Virus record (IMG/VR): IMGVR_UViG_3300042945_003044
Source of the DNA: a virus
Direction: 5' to 3' (one strand)
Length of the DNA stretch: 64,000 bases
The position numbers and the translations under genes were made by a program. The notes beneath the pieces were generated by a model. That model was not told the origin of the DNA and ran no database searches. It worked only from the letters and a program-made list of their open reading frames with translations. Shown piece after piece: positions 10,185 through 21,197 of the stretch. Numbering within the stretch: the first letter of the stretch is position 1; each line of letters begins with the position of its first letter.

Positions 10185-11476
10185 ACAATGGCATATTTAG
10201 CGCATATAATACAAGATATGATTCTTCAGTATATCCTGTTATTAATTTAACTGTAGATACCGACAACCTTTCTCTGCCCAAAAATTATGATATAATCAGA
10301 CTTACTAGTTCGTCTGTAATAACCATAACAGGATTAGTAGGTATCAAGGACAAGATTTTTACCATGTTTAACGTTGGATCTTATGATATTAGAATAGCTA
10401 ATCTATCTTCTTTTAGTATTTCTACGAATAAAATCTTAGTTTCTAATAATAATGATGTTATTCTATCTCCTAACGAATCTATTACTTTGTTTTATGATGA
10501 TTCTAATAAGCTTTGGAGAACAGCAGGGGTTATTAAAGCCTATAATCCAACAGATTTTACTTTTGCTAATGTTTATGATTTTACTGTTACAAGCGCTCCA
10601 AGTACCGCAACAGGATCATCTGGATCGTGGACATGGACCCTACCATCTTCCGCTAAGTTTATAGAGATTATAACTATTGGAGCGGGTGGAGGAGGCGGTA
10701 GTGGAAGAAGAGGTGCTGCTGGATCTACTAGGGGTGGTGGAGGCGGAGGAGGATCTGGTGGTATTAGTATACATAGAGTATCCACATCATTATTCTCTTC
10801 CTTAACTACAACAATAACAGTTGCTGCTGGCGGCGCTGGAGGGGCTGCTGTAACAGCAAATGATACGAATGGAAATAGTGGAGCTAATCCTACTACATTT
10901 ACTACTGTGTTTTTTCCTAGTAACTATAATTTTAGTACTGGTCCTGGAGATGGTGGTGGTGGAGGGTCTACTTCTGGAGGTGTCGGTGGTATCGCTGCTA
11001 ATTCCGGAAACGGAAGACCTTCGACATATCAAGGTTCTACTGGAGGTACTGGGGGAACAGGAAATGCTGGAGGTAATGGCCAATCTGTAGCCGGTTCTGC
11101 TAATAATTCTAGCGGATGGTGCAAAAGTGGTGGCGGTGGCGGTGGTATAAGTTCGTCAAATATTCATTATGCTGGTGGTACTGGGACTTTTCCTGGTGGC
11201 GATCTGTTCGGATATACGTCAACTGGAAGTTATAATCCCGCTGGAGGAGTTGCTGGAGGAGGCAATGGAGAAAGTGCTCCTGCTGTAGTATATCTGAACA
11301 GAATAGGTAGTGGAGGCGGCGGTGGAGGAGCTAATAATGCTGGCGCAGGTGGTGTTGGTGGTACTGCTAGTGTAGGAGGTGGTGGTGGCGGAGGAGGTGC
11401 TTCTGTTAATGGATTTAATAGTGGAGCTGGAGGGAATGGCGGAGATGGTTTTGTAAGAATTACAGTATGGAGCTAA
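10181..11476 (+). CDS. Glycine-rich (polyglycine-II type) fibre tip protein
   Basis: IGAGGGGGSG...GAGGNGGDGFVRITVW glycine-rich domain. An ATGA overlap with the upstream stop sets the start at 10181. Confidence 0.8.
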   Translation: MNNGIFSAYNTRYDSSVYPVINLTVDTDNLSLPKNYDIIRLTSSSVITITGLVGIKDKIFTMFNVGSYDIRIANLSSFSISTNKILVSNNNDVILSPNESITLFYDDSNKLWRTAGVIKAYNPTDFTFANVYDFTVTSAPSTATGSSGSWTWTLPSSAKFIEIITIGAGGGGGSGRRGAAGSTRGGGGGGGSGGISIHRVSTSLFSSLTTTITVAAGGAGGAAVTANDTNGNSGANPTTFTTVFFPSNYNFSTGPGDGGGGGSTSGGVGGIAANSGNGRPSTYQGSTGGTGGTGNAGGNGQSVAGSANNSSGWCKSGGGGGGISSSNIHYAGGTGTFPGGDLFGYTSTGSYNPAGGVAGGGNGESAPAVVYLNRIGSGGGGGGANNAGAGGVGGTASVGGGGGGGGASVNGFNSGAGGNGGDGFVRITVWS

Positions 11477-11480
11477 TATA

Positions 11481-12173
11481 ATGAATGAATTTGATAACAA
11501 TCCAGAAATCGATAACACTAATACTCCACCTGAGCCTACTGTTGAGACAGTTGTTGAAATTGTTCCAGATCCTACAAATAGTCCAGAGGTAGTATTAGAT
11601 CCAGAAATCACAACACCACCCGTTCCGGACGTATCACCAGAGGTGACTCCAGAATTAACCCCAGAGACTACACCGGAAGCAACACCAGAACCCGTAGTAG
11701 AAAGCCCCGTAGAAACTCCCGCTATTCCGACTACAACACCAGCTATAGTGCCACAGATAACTGAATTAACACAGTCTTGGGCTTTGGTAAGAGATTCGGA
11801 TGGATTAGTTGAAACATTTCTGAGACTTGATTTACCACTTGGCTGGAAAGCTCCAGAAGGCTTTAGTTTAATTCCTGATGATCAATTGCCAGCGGGATGG
11901 AGCAAAATACTTCAAGAAATACCAGTTCCACAAACCATTACAGCAACACAAATCCGACTATGGTTGGTCAACAATGGCTTCTCAATGAATCAAATATATG
12001 ATATTATTTCTCAGATTCCAGACCCATTATTAAAAGCACAAATAGAAGTTCAGTGGGAATATGCTCCTTATGTAGAGCGTGATCATCCTATGATAAATAC
12101 CTTGGGTGCCTCGTTAGGACTGAGTAGTGAACAAATAGACCAAGCATTTAGAGAAGCTTCAGTATTGCTCTAA
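11481..12173 (+). CDS. Tail fibre assembly chaperone-like protein with acidic Pro/Glu/Thr-rich N-terminus
   Basis: ITATQIRLWL...WEYA..VERDHP....G..LGLS.EQID..F.EA C-terminal motif typical of phage fibre-associated chaperones. Confidence 0.65.
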   Translation: MNEFDNNPEIDNTNTPPEPTVETVVEIVPDPTNSPEVVLDPEITTPPVPDVSPEVTPELTPETTPEATPEPVVESPVETPAIPTTTPAIVPQITELTQSWALVRDSDGLVETFLRLDLPLGWKAPEGFSLIPDDQLPAGWSKILQEIPVPQTITATQIRLWLVNNGFSMNQIYDIISQIPDPLLKAQIEVQWEYAPYVERDHPMINTLGASLGLSSEQIDQAFREASVLL

Positions 12174-12190
12174 ATCTATAAGGATAACTT

Positions 12191-15100
12191 ATGGGAAATT
12201 TAATTCCATCAAATAATAATGATGATAATTTAGACTTTAATCCAACCAAACTTCCTGGATGCAAGGTTTGGATAGATGCTACTGATGAATCTACACTATT
12301 TACCACCGATTATCAAGGATCTGTAACTGTTCCTGATAATTTTACACCCACCAGTGTTGGCGGTTGCTCTACTTGGTATGATAGCTCTGATGCCTCTACA
12401 TTATATAATACTAGTGCTGGGCCAGTTACTGCGGTTTCTAGTCCAACAGAAGTTAGTGGGTGTGCTTTGTGGCTGGATGCTGCTGATAATACATCAATAT
12501 ATAAAACTAATGTAGGACCACTATCTCCTGTATCTGCGCCTACAGACATTGGCGGTTGTCAATTCTGGCTTGATGCTTCAGATCCGGCTTCTATGTTTGA
12601 AGATACAGCGGGACTCACTCCTTCTTCGGTGGGCAATACGGTTGGACTATGGAGAGATAAGAGCGGTAATGCCAGACATGTTCAGCAGGCAACCGGGTCT
12701 AAAAAACCAATTCGGTCAACATCTGTCTTCTCTTCTGGAGCGGTGCATTTTGATGGCATAGATGATATCCTTTCTAATCAGACCGCTTCAGAATGGGGAT
12801 GGGCTACAGGAGGTAGTATGACATGGATCTTCGTTGGTCAACGAGGCGACACCCCGTCCGTATCATCAGATTATCGTTACTGGTTTGGAAACGGAGAGCC
12901 ATTATATCAATCAAACATCAATAGCTTCGGGATATTTGTAGAAGATCAAAATCCTCATAATGGTCGTTTACAATTTGTCATAAGCCAAGGTGGCGCCCAC
13001 AATAAACAGAACGTAACTTTTGATACAAATAGCTCCCCTGACGCAACAATATGGCTGCATACTCTGGCCTATGAAGCTTCTACTCCATCTGTATTCATGA
13101 GAGGACAGGGCTCTGATCGCACAATTACAACGGTCAATACTAATGTCGCTACTAGCGGAGTGTCCCCGAATTTTGGTCTTTCGGTAGGAGCAGATTCTCA
13201 CAACTCATACGCTGGCTCTAGGTTCGGAGATATTAGGCTGGCCGAGGTCTGTGCTTTTAATCGCAGGTTGACGAATGATGAAATATATAGAGTTGAAAAA
13301 TATCTAGCCGATAAGTGGAATATTTCTGATGTTAATGGTACCGTTACGAATAGCGGAGATACAATTGGAGCCTGGAGAGATAAAAGTGGCAACGGCTTCC
13401 ATGCGACTCAACTTAATAATAATCAAAGGCCTTCTAGAAATATTAATCCACAAAATAATTTACAGGGATTACAATTTTCTAATGCTAATTCAACATTATT
13501 AACTACTCAAATATCGGGCTCTCTTACTAGTAGTACGCAAGACTATACTGTGTTTTTAGTATGTCAAAGAACAGCAGTTCATGATGGAGAAGTAATTTTA
13601 GGTAGGCGAACCCCGGGCTGTTACGCAAGCGCTTTGTACTACAATAATCCTGGAGCAAATTCAACAAATATTCAGTTTTATAACTCTGGACCAGAAATAG
13701 CTTTTCCAACAGAAGTCGGCATACCCACCTCCGTACAAATGATATGTTTATCTAGATCTGGATCTACTAATTATAGTGGATGGCAAGCAGGACTATCTTC
13801 TTTTATCGATTCTTCTATGGGATCTGGCCCTGCATCGTCTCTGCTTTCTAATATTGGGGCATCGTGCAATGGGTCATCCGGAATGACCGGGTATATTTAT
13901 GAAATTTTAGCATATAATCGTAATTTAACCAGAGAAGAAAGAGCTTCTGTCGAAAAGTACTTAGCTAATAAGTGGAATACAACAGACAACCACGTTGCAA
14001 CAACCGCTAATAGCAAGGTAGGATATTGGGCAGATAAAACAGGAAATAATCGCCATGCTAGACAAGATGTTTCTAGCTATAGGCCATCATATTCAGGATC
14101 TATCAACGACCTTCCTGCTATAACATTTGATGGGGCGGATGATCATTTTTTAATAGGGAATTTATCTGCTGTGTTTCCTACTTTTGGCGAAGTCTTTATT
14201 GTTTTTGAACCTGATAATACAGTATCGTATTCTCTTTATCAGACTAAAGTTAACTATGCGTATTTTACATATGACGGATCTAGTAATTTTGGATATTTTA
14301 CTAATAATAAATCAGCAACCTTCACTTGGGATAGGCCCAGGACTGGAACTAATATTACTTCTGTTCGGTCAGCATCTGGAACTTTATTTGTTAGATTGAA
14401 TGGTAATCACATATATTCGCAATCAGGTCTTGGTCACGACGGAGGAAACAATCACGCTATTGGTTTTACTTACTCGGGCGGAGGTGGAGTTTCGGGAGTC
14501 GTCATGAAAGGTAAAATAGTAGAAGTTATTACCTTTAATACTGATATAGGAACTGAAAATAGAGCACGGGTAGAACAATACTTGTCTAAAAAATGGGGTA
14601 TGCAGACTACATTGCATGACAAAAGCAGTCAGCCCGGAGAAAAAATAGGTTATTGGAAGAATAAAACAGATTTAAATTTTGCTCTTTCTCAGTATAGAAT
14701 AGAAAAACAAGGAGAAATTGGTTTTATTAATGGTAAAAGAGCCGTGTCTTTTGAAAATAATTCTGGCTTTTTACTTGCTTATCTAGCTAATACTGTACCG
14801 GGAGAGGAACTAAGTTTTTTTTGGGTTTGTAATATTACAAAGCCTGGTGTTAATAATCAAGTAGTTTTTAGATTTGGTAATTATAGTGGATATACTCAAA
14901 TAGCAAAATTTGATGATCGTATAGAATATGGCGGAACTAATGGAATAACCATTAATAATCCTCCACAAACGAAGAACTTACCAATTATAGAATCTGTTAT
15001 TAAAAGTAATGGAACAATATGGAATTCTACTAACGTTTATCGTAATGGTATTTTATTACCAAAGAACAACCTCGGAGTAGATGGTAACCTATCTACTGGA

Positions 15101-18100
15101 TCTAATGATGTATTGATTATAGCCGGTTATAGTTCGGATGCTAATTTTCTTGGTACCGGCGGTATGATCATAGGAGAGTTTATTTGTTACAATAGGGCTG
15201 TGAGCGATCAAGAGCGCAAATTAGTTGAAAAATATCTGCACGATAAATGGAATATCAACAAATTAACTACATCTATATCTAAACCAACAGACATATCAAG
15301 ATGCTCTATGTGGCTTGATGCGAATGACCCTAAAACACTATTTGTTGATACGGCGGCAAGTACTAATGTTTCAGCGGACGGACAAACTATTGCATACTGG
15401 GCTGATAAAGTTTCTGGACAAGACGTTATTCAGGCTACGGTTTCTGCTCGCCCGACATATCGCACGAATATGCAAAATGGCAGACCTATGCTTTATTTTG
15501 ATGGCGGAGACGATCTTTTATCTCAGGTAAATAGACCATATGCGGCTCCTTGCACACTATTTGTGGTGTGCAGAATAGATTCTCACTCCGGAGATGTTTC
15601 TGGTATTGTGACACACGGAGATAGTACTGGAGGACTTAATGGTCCAGGATTTTGTTATATAGGATCAACGGCGGCAGGAGCTTGCTTGGTGTTTTTGGAT
15701 GGTGCTGGCGCTGGTACAACCTCTTCTAGTAACACAAACTCTAGTATGCTGGGTTTGCCCAGGGTTATTACGGGAGTTTATAATCAAAGCAATACCTCCA
15801 ATTCTCTAATATATGTGAATGGAAATCTAGAAGAAAACTTTACGGGTACCGGAGTTACATTAAACGCCGCAGCAAACAGAGTTCAAATAGGTGCAAGAAC
15901 AGGAGGAGGGCAAACAGCCAGAAGAATGATCGGGTATGTTGCCGAATGTATCAGATATGATCGTGTATTAACAGATAATGAAAGAGCCATGGTTGAGAAC
16001 TATCTCTCTGAAAAATGGGGATTAGGATCATACTCTTCACCAAATAGTATTGGATCGTCTATTGTTCGACACAACATTAAAGTCTCCAATAAAGATGCTC
16101 AAAATTGGGTAGATAGAGTTTTTCAAAACGGAGGAAGCGTTAGTGAACGAACAGCGGATCGGGTCAACTCTTTATGCAATAGAATAGACGCTGCTGGAAT
16201 TAGAAAGAAATTTTATAGAGTTAACTTATTTTGTGGTAATGACCTAGCTGCTTGCTTAACGCCGTTATATTTGGGTCCTGATAATAATACATTTTATGGA
16301 AGTAGAACGGATACAAATAACGGTTTTGTAGGACCTAATTATGATGAAAAAAATGGGCTGATTTCAACAGCACAGGGAAACCATTTATTGACAGGAGTAT
16401 CTTTTGATGCTATAGGAGCGTCAGATTTTGGTCATATGGCTTTTTATCAGACTCAATACAATATCGATACTAATGAATATGCTGGTGGTAACAGAGTAGT
16501 TATGGGCGGTGGATCAATTAGTATTGCTTTTTTTGATACCACAGACGGACACTATTTAGGTTCTAACTATGGGCCGTTTGTGCCGACAAGAAGCTCTTAT
16601 TTCGGGGGTTTATTTGTATCAAATAGAAGCAGTGCTACCAATTTTAAATCGTATGAACAAGGTAGCACCGTTTCCCAAAACTCTCTTAATATGTTGTATC
16701 AAACACCCCAAACATCACAGATCGGCATATTTACTAATGGATCAGTAGGAGCTTCTGGTTTCACATATATTTCCGGATATCTTAAAGGGTATAGTTTTGG
16801 CCATAGCATGTCTGATGCGGAAGTATCAACATATAGTAGTATTATGGAAGATTTCCAAACGTCTCTTGGAAGAGGACTCCCAATTCGACCATCGGCACAA
16901 TTCGCCTCCGTTACAAATAGCGAAGCTAAATCTTGGATAGATGCTGTTTATACTAATAATGGCACTGTAAGTATCAGTACGGCTTTGGCTGTTAATAATT
17001 TTTGTAATAGTATAGATGCTGCTGGATTACGAAATAAGTTTTATAGACTTAATTTATTCTGTGGAAATACTATTAATAGTTGCTTAGTGCCTTTATATAG
17101 AGCACCAGCTCGCCTAGGTCCTAGATATGGCAATCAAAATGACATTAATATACCTATATCATACGGATACTATGTTAATTCTGACGATTTTAACTATATA
17201 GAAAATCAAGGATTGTTAGGAAATACTCAAGAAATTGCTGGAAATAGCAATATTTCTAGAAGATATTTAGACACTGGTCTTATTACAGGATCTATTAGTC
17301 AGTTAAATAACGACATGCACTATGCTATTTATAGCAAAGATCTAACTAGTGGTGGATATGCTATGGGAGCATATGATGGTGCTAGTACAGGATTTTCATT
17401 ACAAATAGGTTTGGCCGGGTATAATGTTGGAGCTTTTGCTAATGCTCGGTTAAATCAAACTAATACCTCAACCACAGCTATATATCCAACAAGAAAAGGA
17501 CTTTATGTTGGTAATTATTCTAATTACATACTTAATCTTTATGAGGGTAGAGCTAATGTGGTGGGACAGCGAGATCTAACGTTTGCAAATGCTTTGAATC
17601 CCACCACAGTTAGTACTGTTTCAATTTTTGCTGAAAATAGAGTAGGAAACGGCATTGCTCTATTTAATTATTTGGATAGATTACAAGGCTATTCTATAGG
17701 AACATCATTAACATCTGCTGATGTACAGAATTACTACGATATAATGCAAACTTTCCAAGCGGCATTATCACGAGCACAACAAACAACACTAAGTTCAACT
17801 TTTGATAGTATCACTAATGCTGATGCTAGAGATTGGCTTACTAGAGTATATGAAAACGGTGGAACTGTCAGCCTGTCAACCGCAACTGCTGTACAAAATT
17901 TTTGTAACACTATAGATTCTGCCGGATTAAGAAGCAGGTTCTTTAGACTCAATTTATTCTGTGGAGACAACTTAAATGCTGCTACTGTACCTCTTTATAG
18001 AGGACAGGGTGTTAGCAGTACACAGCATGGATTTCTAATTGATATAAATACTAACTTTACTAGTTCCGACTATAATCAGAGCGGTAGTTTTGCTGGTATT

Positions 18101-21100
18101 AAGGGCAATGGTTCAAATAAAAGGTTAGACACCGGACTTGGCACAGATTATACTAATAATTCTAGTATATCTTTTGGAGCATTTATTTCTGAGCCTACAT
18201 CCAAAGCATTTAGTACCTATCTAGGAGTCGCCCAAAACACTAATGCAGATACGACCGTTTTGTATTATAGAGATGGATTTACTAGAGGGTTGGATGGTGC
18301 CACATACTATCCAGCTGAACCAACCAACTCTACTCTTTTTGGTTATCATGTTTATTCTAGGACAGCCGGTAATAATTTCTTCCATTCTTGGAACGGAATA
18401 TCTGGCTCATCATCCAATTCCGTGTCTGCAGCCAGAGGATCAGACGGATTTGTTATTCACGCTCTAAATAATAACGGAACACTAGCGAATTACGGAGATG
18501 GTAGAATTTCAATGTATCATATAGGCTTAGGATTAACTTCGGCCGAAACCGTTACTCTTTACAACGCCATCGATGCGTTCAATACGTCTATGGGTCGAAC
18601 AAGACCAAGCGCTTCTTTTGCATCAGTTACGAATGAAGATGCGAAGATTTGGGTAGATAATGTATACTATAATGGCGGCACGGTATCTAGTACTACAGCA
18701 AATCTTCTTAATACGTTTTGCAATAGTATAGATTCTGCTGGTCTTAGGGGTAAAATCTATCGATTAAATTTGATGTGCGGAAATAATGTGAATGCAGCGA
18801 GTGTTCCGCTGTACAAAGGAATTGATCGCACTATTCAGTATGGTAGTTTAATTGACGCTAACAATAACTTTACTAGTTCGGATTATGTTGAAACAGGAGT
18901 AGGGGCAGGGTTACGTGGTGATGGATCCACCAAATTTTTGAATACTGGTTTGGCCCCCAATAAACTTCCCGACAATCTCCGAACAGGACATATTGGCATA
19001 TATATGACCAAAAGCAGTCAATCTAATAACAGAAGATTGATAGGCACAACTAACGACTTAAATAATGACAGATTTCAAATAAATCATGCTGTCTTATCTA
19101 ATACTATGTCTGCGGTTTTTAGCGGATCGGGGGGTGGTGGTACAATAATATCTTATAAAAACAATGCTCAAGAACTTTATGTAGTTAATCGCAATGCCAA
19201 TAATAGCGCTAGATTTTATACTGGAGGAGTAGGAGGCGTAGTTACAACCACTAATATTAGCGGTCAGTTATCAGACACAAACCCTAATTCTTTTGTTATT
19301 TTAGCTACAAATAGTAGTGCTGGTGTATCCTCGCACTCTGACGCTACTGTTGCTGGTTATACCATAGGCTTGCCGCTCACAGACTCCGAACACAACGTAT
19401 TATATCAAATTATAGAAACATTTAATTTGGGTTTAAATAGAGGTAGATCTAGTACTGGATTTGCGGGAATAGATAATGAAGACGCTAAAATTTGGATAGA
19501 TACGGTATACTCTAAGGGCGGTTCGGCATCGTCTAGCACCGCTAATTTGGTTAATACTTTTTGTAATAGTATAGACGCTGCCGGATTAAGAAATAAATTC
19601 TATCGAGTTAATTTATTTTGCGGAAACGGCTTGGAGTCTTGTTTAACGCCGATATATTGTAGCCAAACAACTTCTGGAATCAGATACGGAGGCGTAGAAG
19701 ACACAAATAATAACTTTGTATCAGCTGACTATAGTGAAAATAGTGGATTAATAGGCAACGCCTCAAATAAGTGGCTAGACACTATGCTGCCACAAAATTT
19801 TGCTACATATAGACATTTGGGCGTGGTTATGAATAAGTTACCTTCTGCGCCATACAGAATGATTATGGGCGCAAAAACCAATGCCGCTACGCTCGACTGG
19901 ACTTCTGATACCAGACTACAAACAGATGTTGGTACAAATGTAGCAAGTTTTTGGACAGGTAATGCGTCTGGACAACTATCCACAGGTATTAGTATGTTAA
20001 TGACGGAAAAAACATTTGTGATTGGTCTTACCGATAGTGATGGGTTGAATAAGCTATATTCGGATACTTTAACCACCAATTCTGTTAACACTATCAGTGC
20101 CCCAGATACTACTTCTATAGGAATATTTGCTCAAAAAATAGGAGCAACAAGTGTTGGTAGTACTCATACAGACGCTAGATTGTCTTTATATACTATTGGT
20201 ATAAATTTAACAAGTTCAGAAATAGCCACACTAACATCTATTATAGACGCATTTAATGATGGTCTTGCTAGAGGCAAACCAAGCAACACCTTCGCTTCCG
20301 TAACAAACAATGATGCTAAACTATGGATTAATAGAGTTTATACAAATGGAGGTTCTATATCTTCTAATACTGCTAGCTCTGTAAATAGTTTTTGCAATAG
20401 TATTAATGCAAATGGTTTGAGAGATAAATTTTATAGATTAAATCTATTTTGTGGAAACAATCTAGTTTCTGCTTTGACTCCGTTATATTTAGGCCCTTCA
20501 GCTACTGTTCTTTATGGATCTCATATTGATATTAATAATAATTTTATAGCTTCCGATTACTCAGAAACTTCTGGATTACAAGGGTCTTTTTCTGGTAATA
20601 AGTATTTGTTGACCAATTTGGCTCAATCGGTTTTAACCACGAATAATCGCCACTTATCTGCTTATGAAACGGTAAAAAATACGCGAGGTTATGGAGCTTT
20701 AATAGGATCCGATAATGGAGCTAGTAATGTTAGCTCATGGAGTATCAGCGCAAACGGAGAGGCCTCTTCTATGGGATATTATTCAGGGGCTGGGAATGAT
20801 TATGTTTGGGGTACTTCTTATACTCCTCCTACTTTTTGGTTAGGTACAGGCTCTTCTACTCAAGGAAGGATTTATAAAAACGGGATATTTGACGTTGACG
20901 GTTCGACCGTTGTAACCCCCGGAACTCCAGGATCGTCCACAATTGGGATTTTTAACAAAAATTCATCAACACATGGCCCAGGCGTACTAACAAATGCTGC
21001 TATAGGAATGTATTCGGTGGGATTATCTTTTACGGATGCTGAAATTATTAGCTTAAATCAGATATTAAACGCTTTTAATAGTAATATTTTACGGGCTTAA
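12191..21100 (+). CDS. Giant (2969 aa) LamG/ConA-like repeat fibre or decoration protein: 5 type-A and 6 type-B domains
   Basis: Type A: GC..W.DA.D / W.DKSG / VE.YL..KW. Type B (6x ~280 aa): N.(D/E)A..W...V...GG.VS...FC..ID..GLR.KFYR.NLFCG. Confidence 0.85.
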   Translation: MGNLIPSNNNDDNLDFNPTKLPGCKVWIDATDESTLFTTDYQGSVTVPDNFTPTSVGGCSTWYDSSDASTLYNTSAGPVTAVSSPTEVSGCALWLDAADNTSIYKTNVGPLSPVSAPTDIGGCQFWLDASDPASMFEDTAGLTPSSVGNTVGLWRDKSGNARHVQQATGSKKPIRSTSVFSSGAVHFDGIDDILSNQTASEWGWATGGSMTWIFVGQRGDTPSVSSDYRYWFGNGEPLYQSNINSFGIFVEDQNPHNGRLQFVISQGGAHNKQNVTFDTNSSPDATIWLHTLAYEASTPSVFMRGQGSDRTITTVNTNVATSGVSPNFGLSVGADSHNSYAGSRFGDIRLAEVCAFNRRLTNDEIYRVEKYLADKWNISDVNGTVTNSGDTIGAWRDKSGNGFHATQLNNNQRPSRNINPQNNLQGLQFSNANSTLLTTQISGSLTSSTQDYTVFLVCQRTAVHDGEVILGRRTPGCYASALYYNNPGANSTNIQFYNSGPEIAFPTEVGIPTSVQMICLSRSGSTNYSGWQAGLSSFIDSSMGSGPASSLLSNIGASCNGSSGMTGYIYEILAYNRNLTREERASVEKYLANKWNTTDNHVATTANSKVGYWADKTGNNRHARQDVSSYRPSYSGSINDLPAITFDGADDHFLIGNLSAVFPTFGEVFIVFEPDNTVSYSLYQTKVNYAYFTYDGSSNFGYFTNNKSATFTWDRPRTGTNITSVRSASGTLFVRLNGNHIYSQSGLGHDGGNNHAIGFTYSGGGGVSGVVMKGKIVEVITFNTDIGTENRARVEQYLSKKWGMQTTLHDKSSQPGEKIGYWKNKTDLNFALSQYRIEKQGEIGFINGKRAVSFENNSGFLLAYLANTVPGEELSFFWVCNITKPGVNNQVVFRFGNYSGYTQIAKFDDRIEYGGTNGITINNPPQTKNLPIIESVIKSNGTIWNSTNVYRNGILLPKNNLGVDGNLSTGSNDVLIIAGYSSDANFLGTGGMIIGEFICYNRAVSDQERKLVEKYLHDKWNINKLTTSISKPTDISRCSMWLDANDPKTLFVDTAASTNVSADGQTIAYWADKVSGQDVIQATVSARPTYRTNMQNGRPMLYFDGGDDLLSQVNRPYAAPCTLFVVCRIDSHSGDVSGIVTHGDSTGGLNGPGFCYIGSTAAGACLVFLDGAGAGTTSSSNTNSSMLGLPRVITGVYNQSNTSNSLIYVNGNLEENFTGTGVTLNAAANRVQIGARTGGGQTARRMIGYVAECIRYDRVLTDNERAMVENYLSEKWGLGSYSSPNSIGSSIVRHNIKVSNKDAQNWVDRVFQNGGSVSERTADRVNSLCNRIDAAGIRKKFYRVNLFCGNDLAACLTPLYLGPDNNTFYGSRTDTNNGFVGPNYDEKNGLISTAQGNHLLTGVSFDAIGASDFGHMAFYQTQYNIDTNEYAGGNRVVMGGGSISIAFFDTTDGHYLGSNYGPFVPTRSSYFGGLFVSNRSSATNFKSYEQGSTVSQNSLNMLYQTPQTSQIGIFTNGSVGASGFTYISGYLKGYSFGHSMSDAEVSTYSSIMEDFQTSLGRGLPIRPSAQFASVTNSEAKSWIDAVYTNNGTVSISTALAVNNFCNSIDAAGLRNKFYRLNLFCGNTINSCLVPLYRAPARLGPRYGNQNDINIPISYGYYVNSDDFNYIENQGLLGNTQEIAGNSNISRRYLDTGLITGSISQLNNDMHYAIYSKDLTSGGYAMGAYDGASTGFSLQIGLAGYNVGAFANARLNQTNTSTTAIYPTRKGLYVGNYSNYILNLYEGRANVVGQRDLTFANALNPTTVSTVSIFAENRVGNGIALFNYLDRLQGYSIGTSLTSADVQNYYDIMQTFQAALSRAQQTTLSSTFDSITNADARDWLTRVYENGGTVSLSTATAVQNFCNTIDSAGLRSRFFRLNLFCGDNLNAATVPLYRGQGVSSTQHGFLIDINTNFTSSDYNQSGSFAGIKGNGSNKRLDTGLGTDYTNNSSISFGAFISEPTSKAFSTYLGVAQNTNADTTVLYYRDGFTRGLDGATYYPAEPTNSTLFGYHVYSRTAGNNFFHSWNGISGSSSNSVSAARGSDGFVIHALNNNGTLANYGDGRISMYHIGLGLTSAETVTLYNAIDAFNTSMGRTRPSASFASVTNEDAKIWVDNVYYNGGTVSSTTANLLNTFCNSIDSAGLRGKIYRLNLMCGNNVNAASVPLYKGIDRTIQYGSLIDANNNFTSSDYVETGVGAGLRGDGSTKFLNTGLAPNKLPDNLRTGHIGIYMTKSSQSNNRRLIGTTNDLNNDRFQINHAVLSNTMSAVFSGSGGGGTIISYKNNAQELYVVNRNANNSARFYTGGVGGVVTTTNISGQLSDTNPNSFVILATNSSAGVSSHSDATVAGYTIGLPLTDSEHNVLYQIIETFNLGLNRGRSSTGFAGIDNEDAKIWIDTVYSKGGSASSSTANLVNTFCNSIDAAGLRNKFYRVNLFCGNGLESCLTPIYCSQTTSGIRYGGVEDTNNNFVSADYSENSGLIGNASNKWLDTMLPQNFATYRHLGVVMNKLPSAPYRMIMGAKTNAATLDWTSDTRLQTDVGTNVASFWTGNASGQLSTGISMLMTEKTFVIGLTDSDGLNKLYSDTLTTNSVNTISAPDTTSIGIFAQKIGATSVGSTHTDARLSLYTIGINLTSSEIATLTSIIDAFNDGLARGKPSNTFASVTNNDAKLWINRVYTNGGSISSNTASSVNSFCNSINANGLRDKFYRLNLFCGNNLVSALTPLYLGPSATVLYGSHIDINNNFIASDYSETSGLQGSFSGNKYLLTNLAQSVLTTNNRHLSAYETVKNTRGYGALIGSDNGASNVSSWSISANGEASSMGYYSGAGNDYVWGTSYTPPTFWLGTGSSTQGRIYKNGIFDVDGSTVVTPGTPGSSTIGIFNKNSSTHGPGVLTNAAIGMYSVGLSFTDAEIISLNQILNAFNSNILRA

Positions 21101-21161
21101 TGGGTCAATGAGGTTTGTTTTTTATGGTATCTATCCTTTCATGACCAGGAATTATGATAAA

Positions 21162-21173
21162 GGTGTAAATAAA
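21162..21173 (+). promoter_or_regulatory. GGTGTA-W-rich putative late promoter element
   Basis: Intergenic GGTGTAAATAAA, 36 nt before ATG 21198. Confidence 0.55.
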
Positions 21174-21197
21174 TAAATATTACAAGAGATTATCAAT

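Noticed and set aside
10680-11450. GGN-rich tract as a regulatory or G-quadruplex element
   Set aside because: Explained by polyglycine coding with varied third positions.
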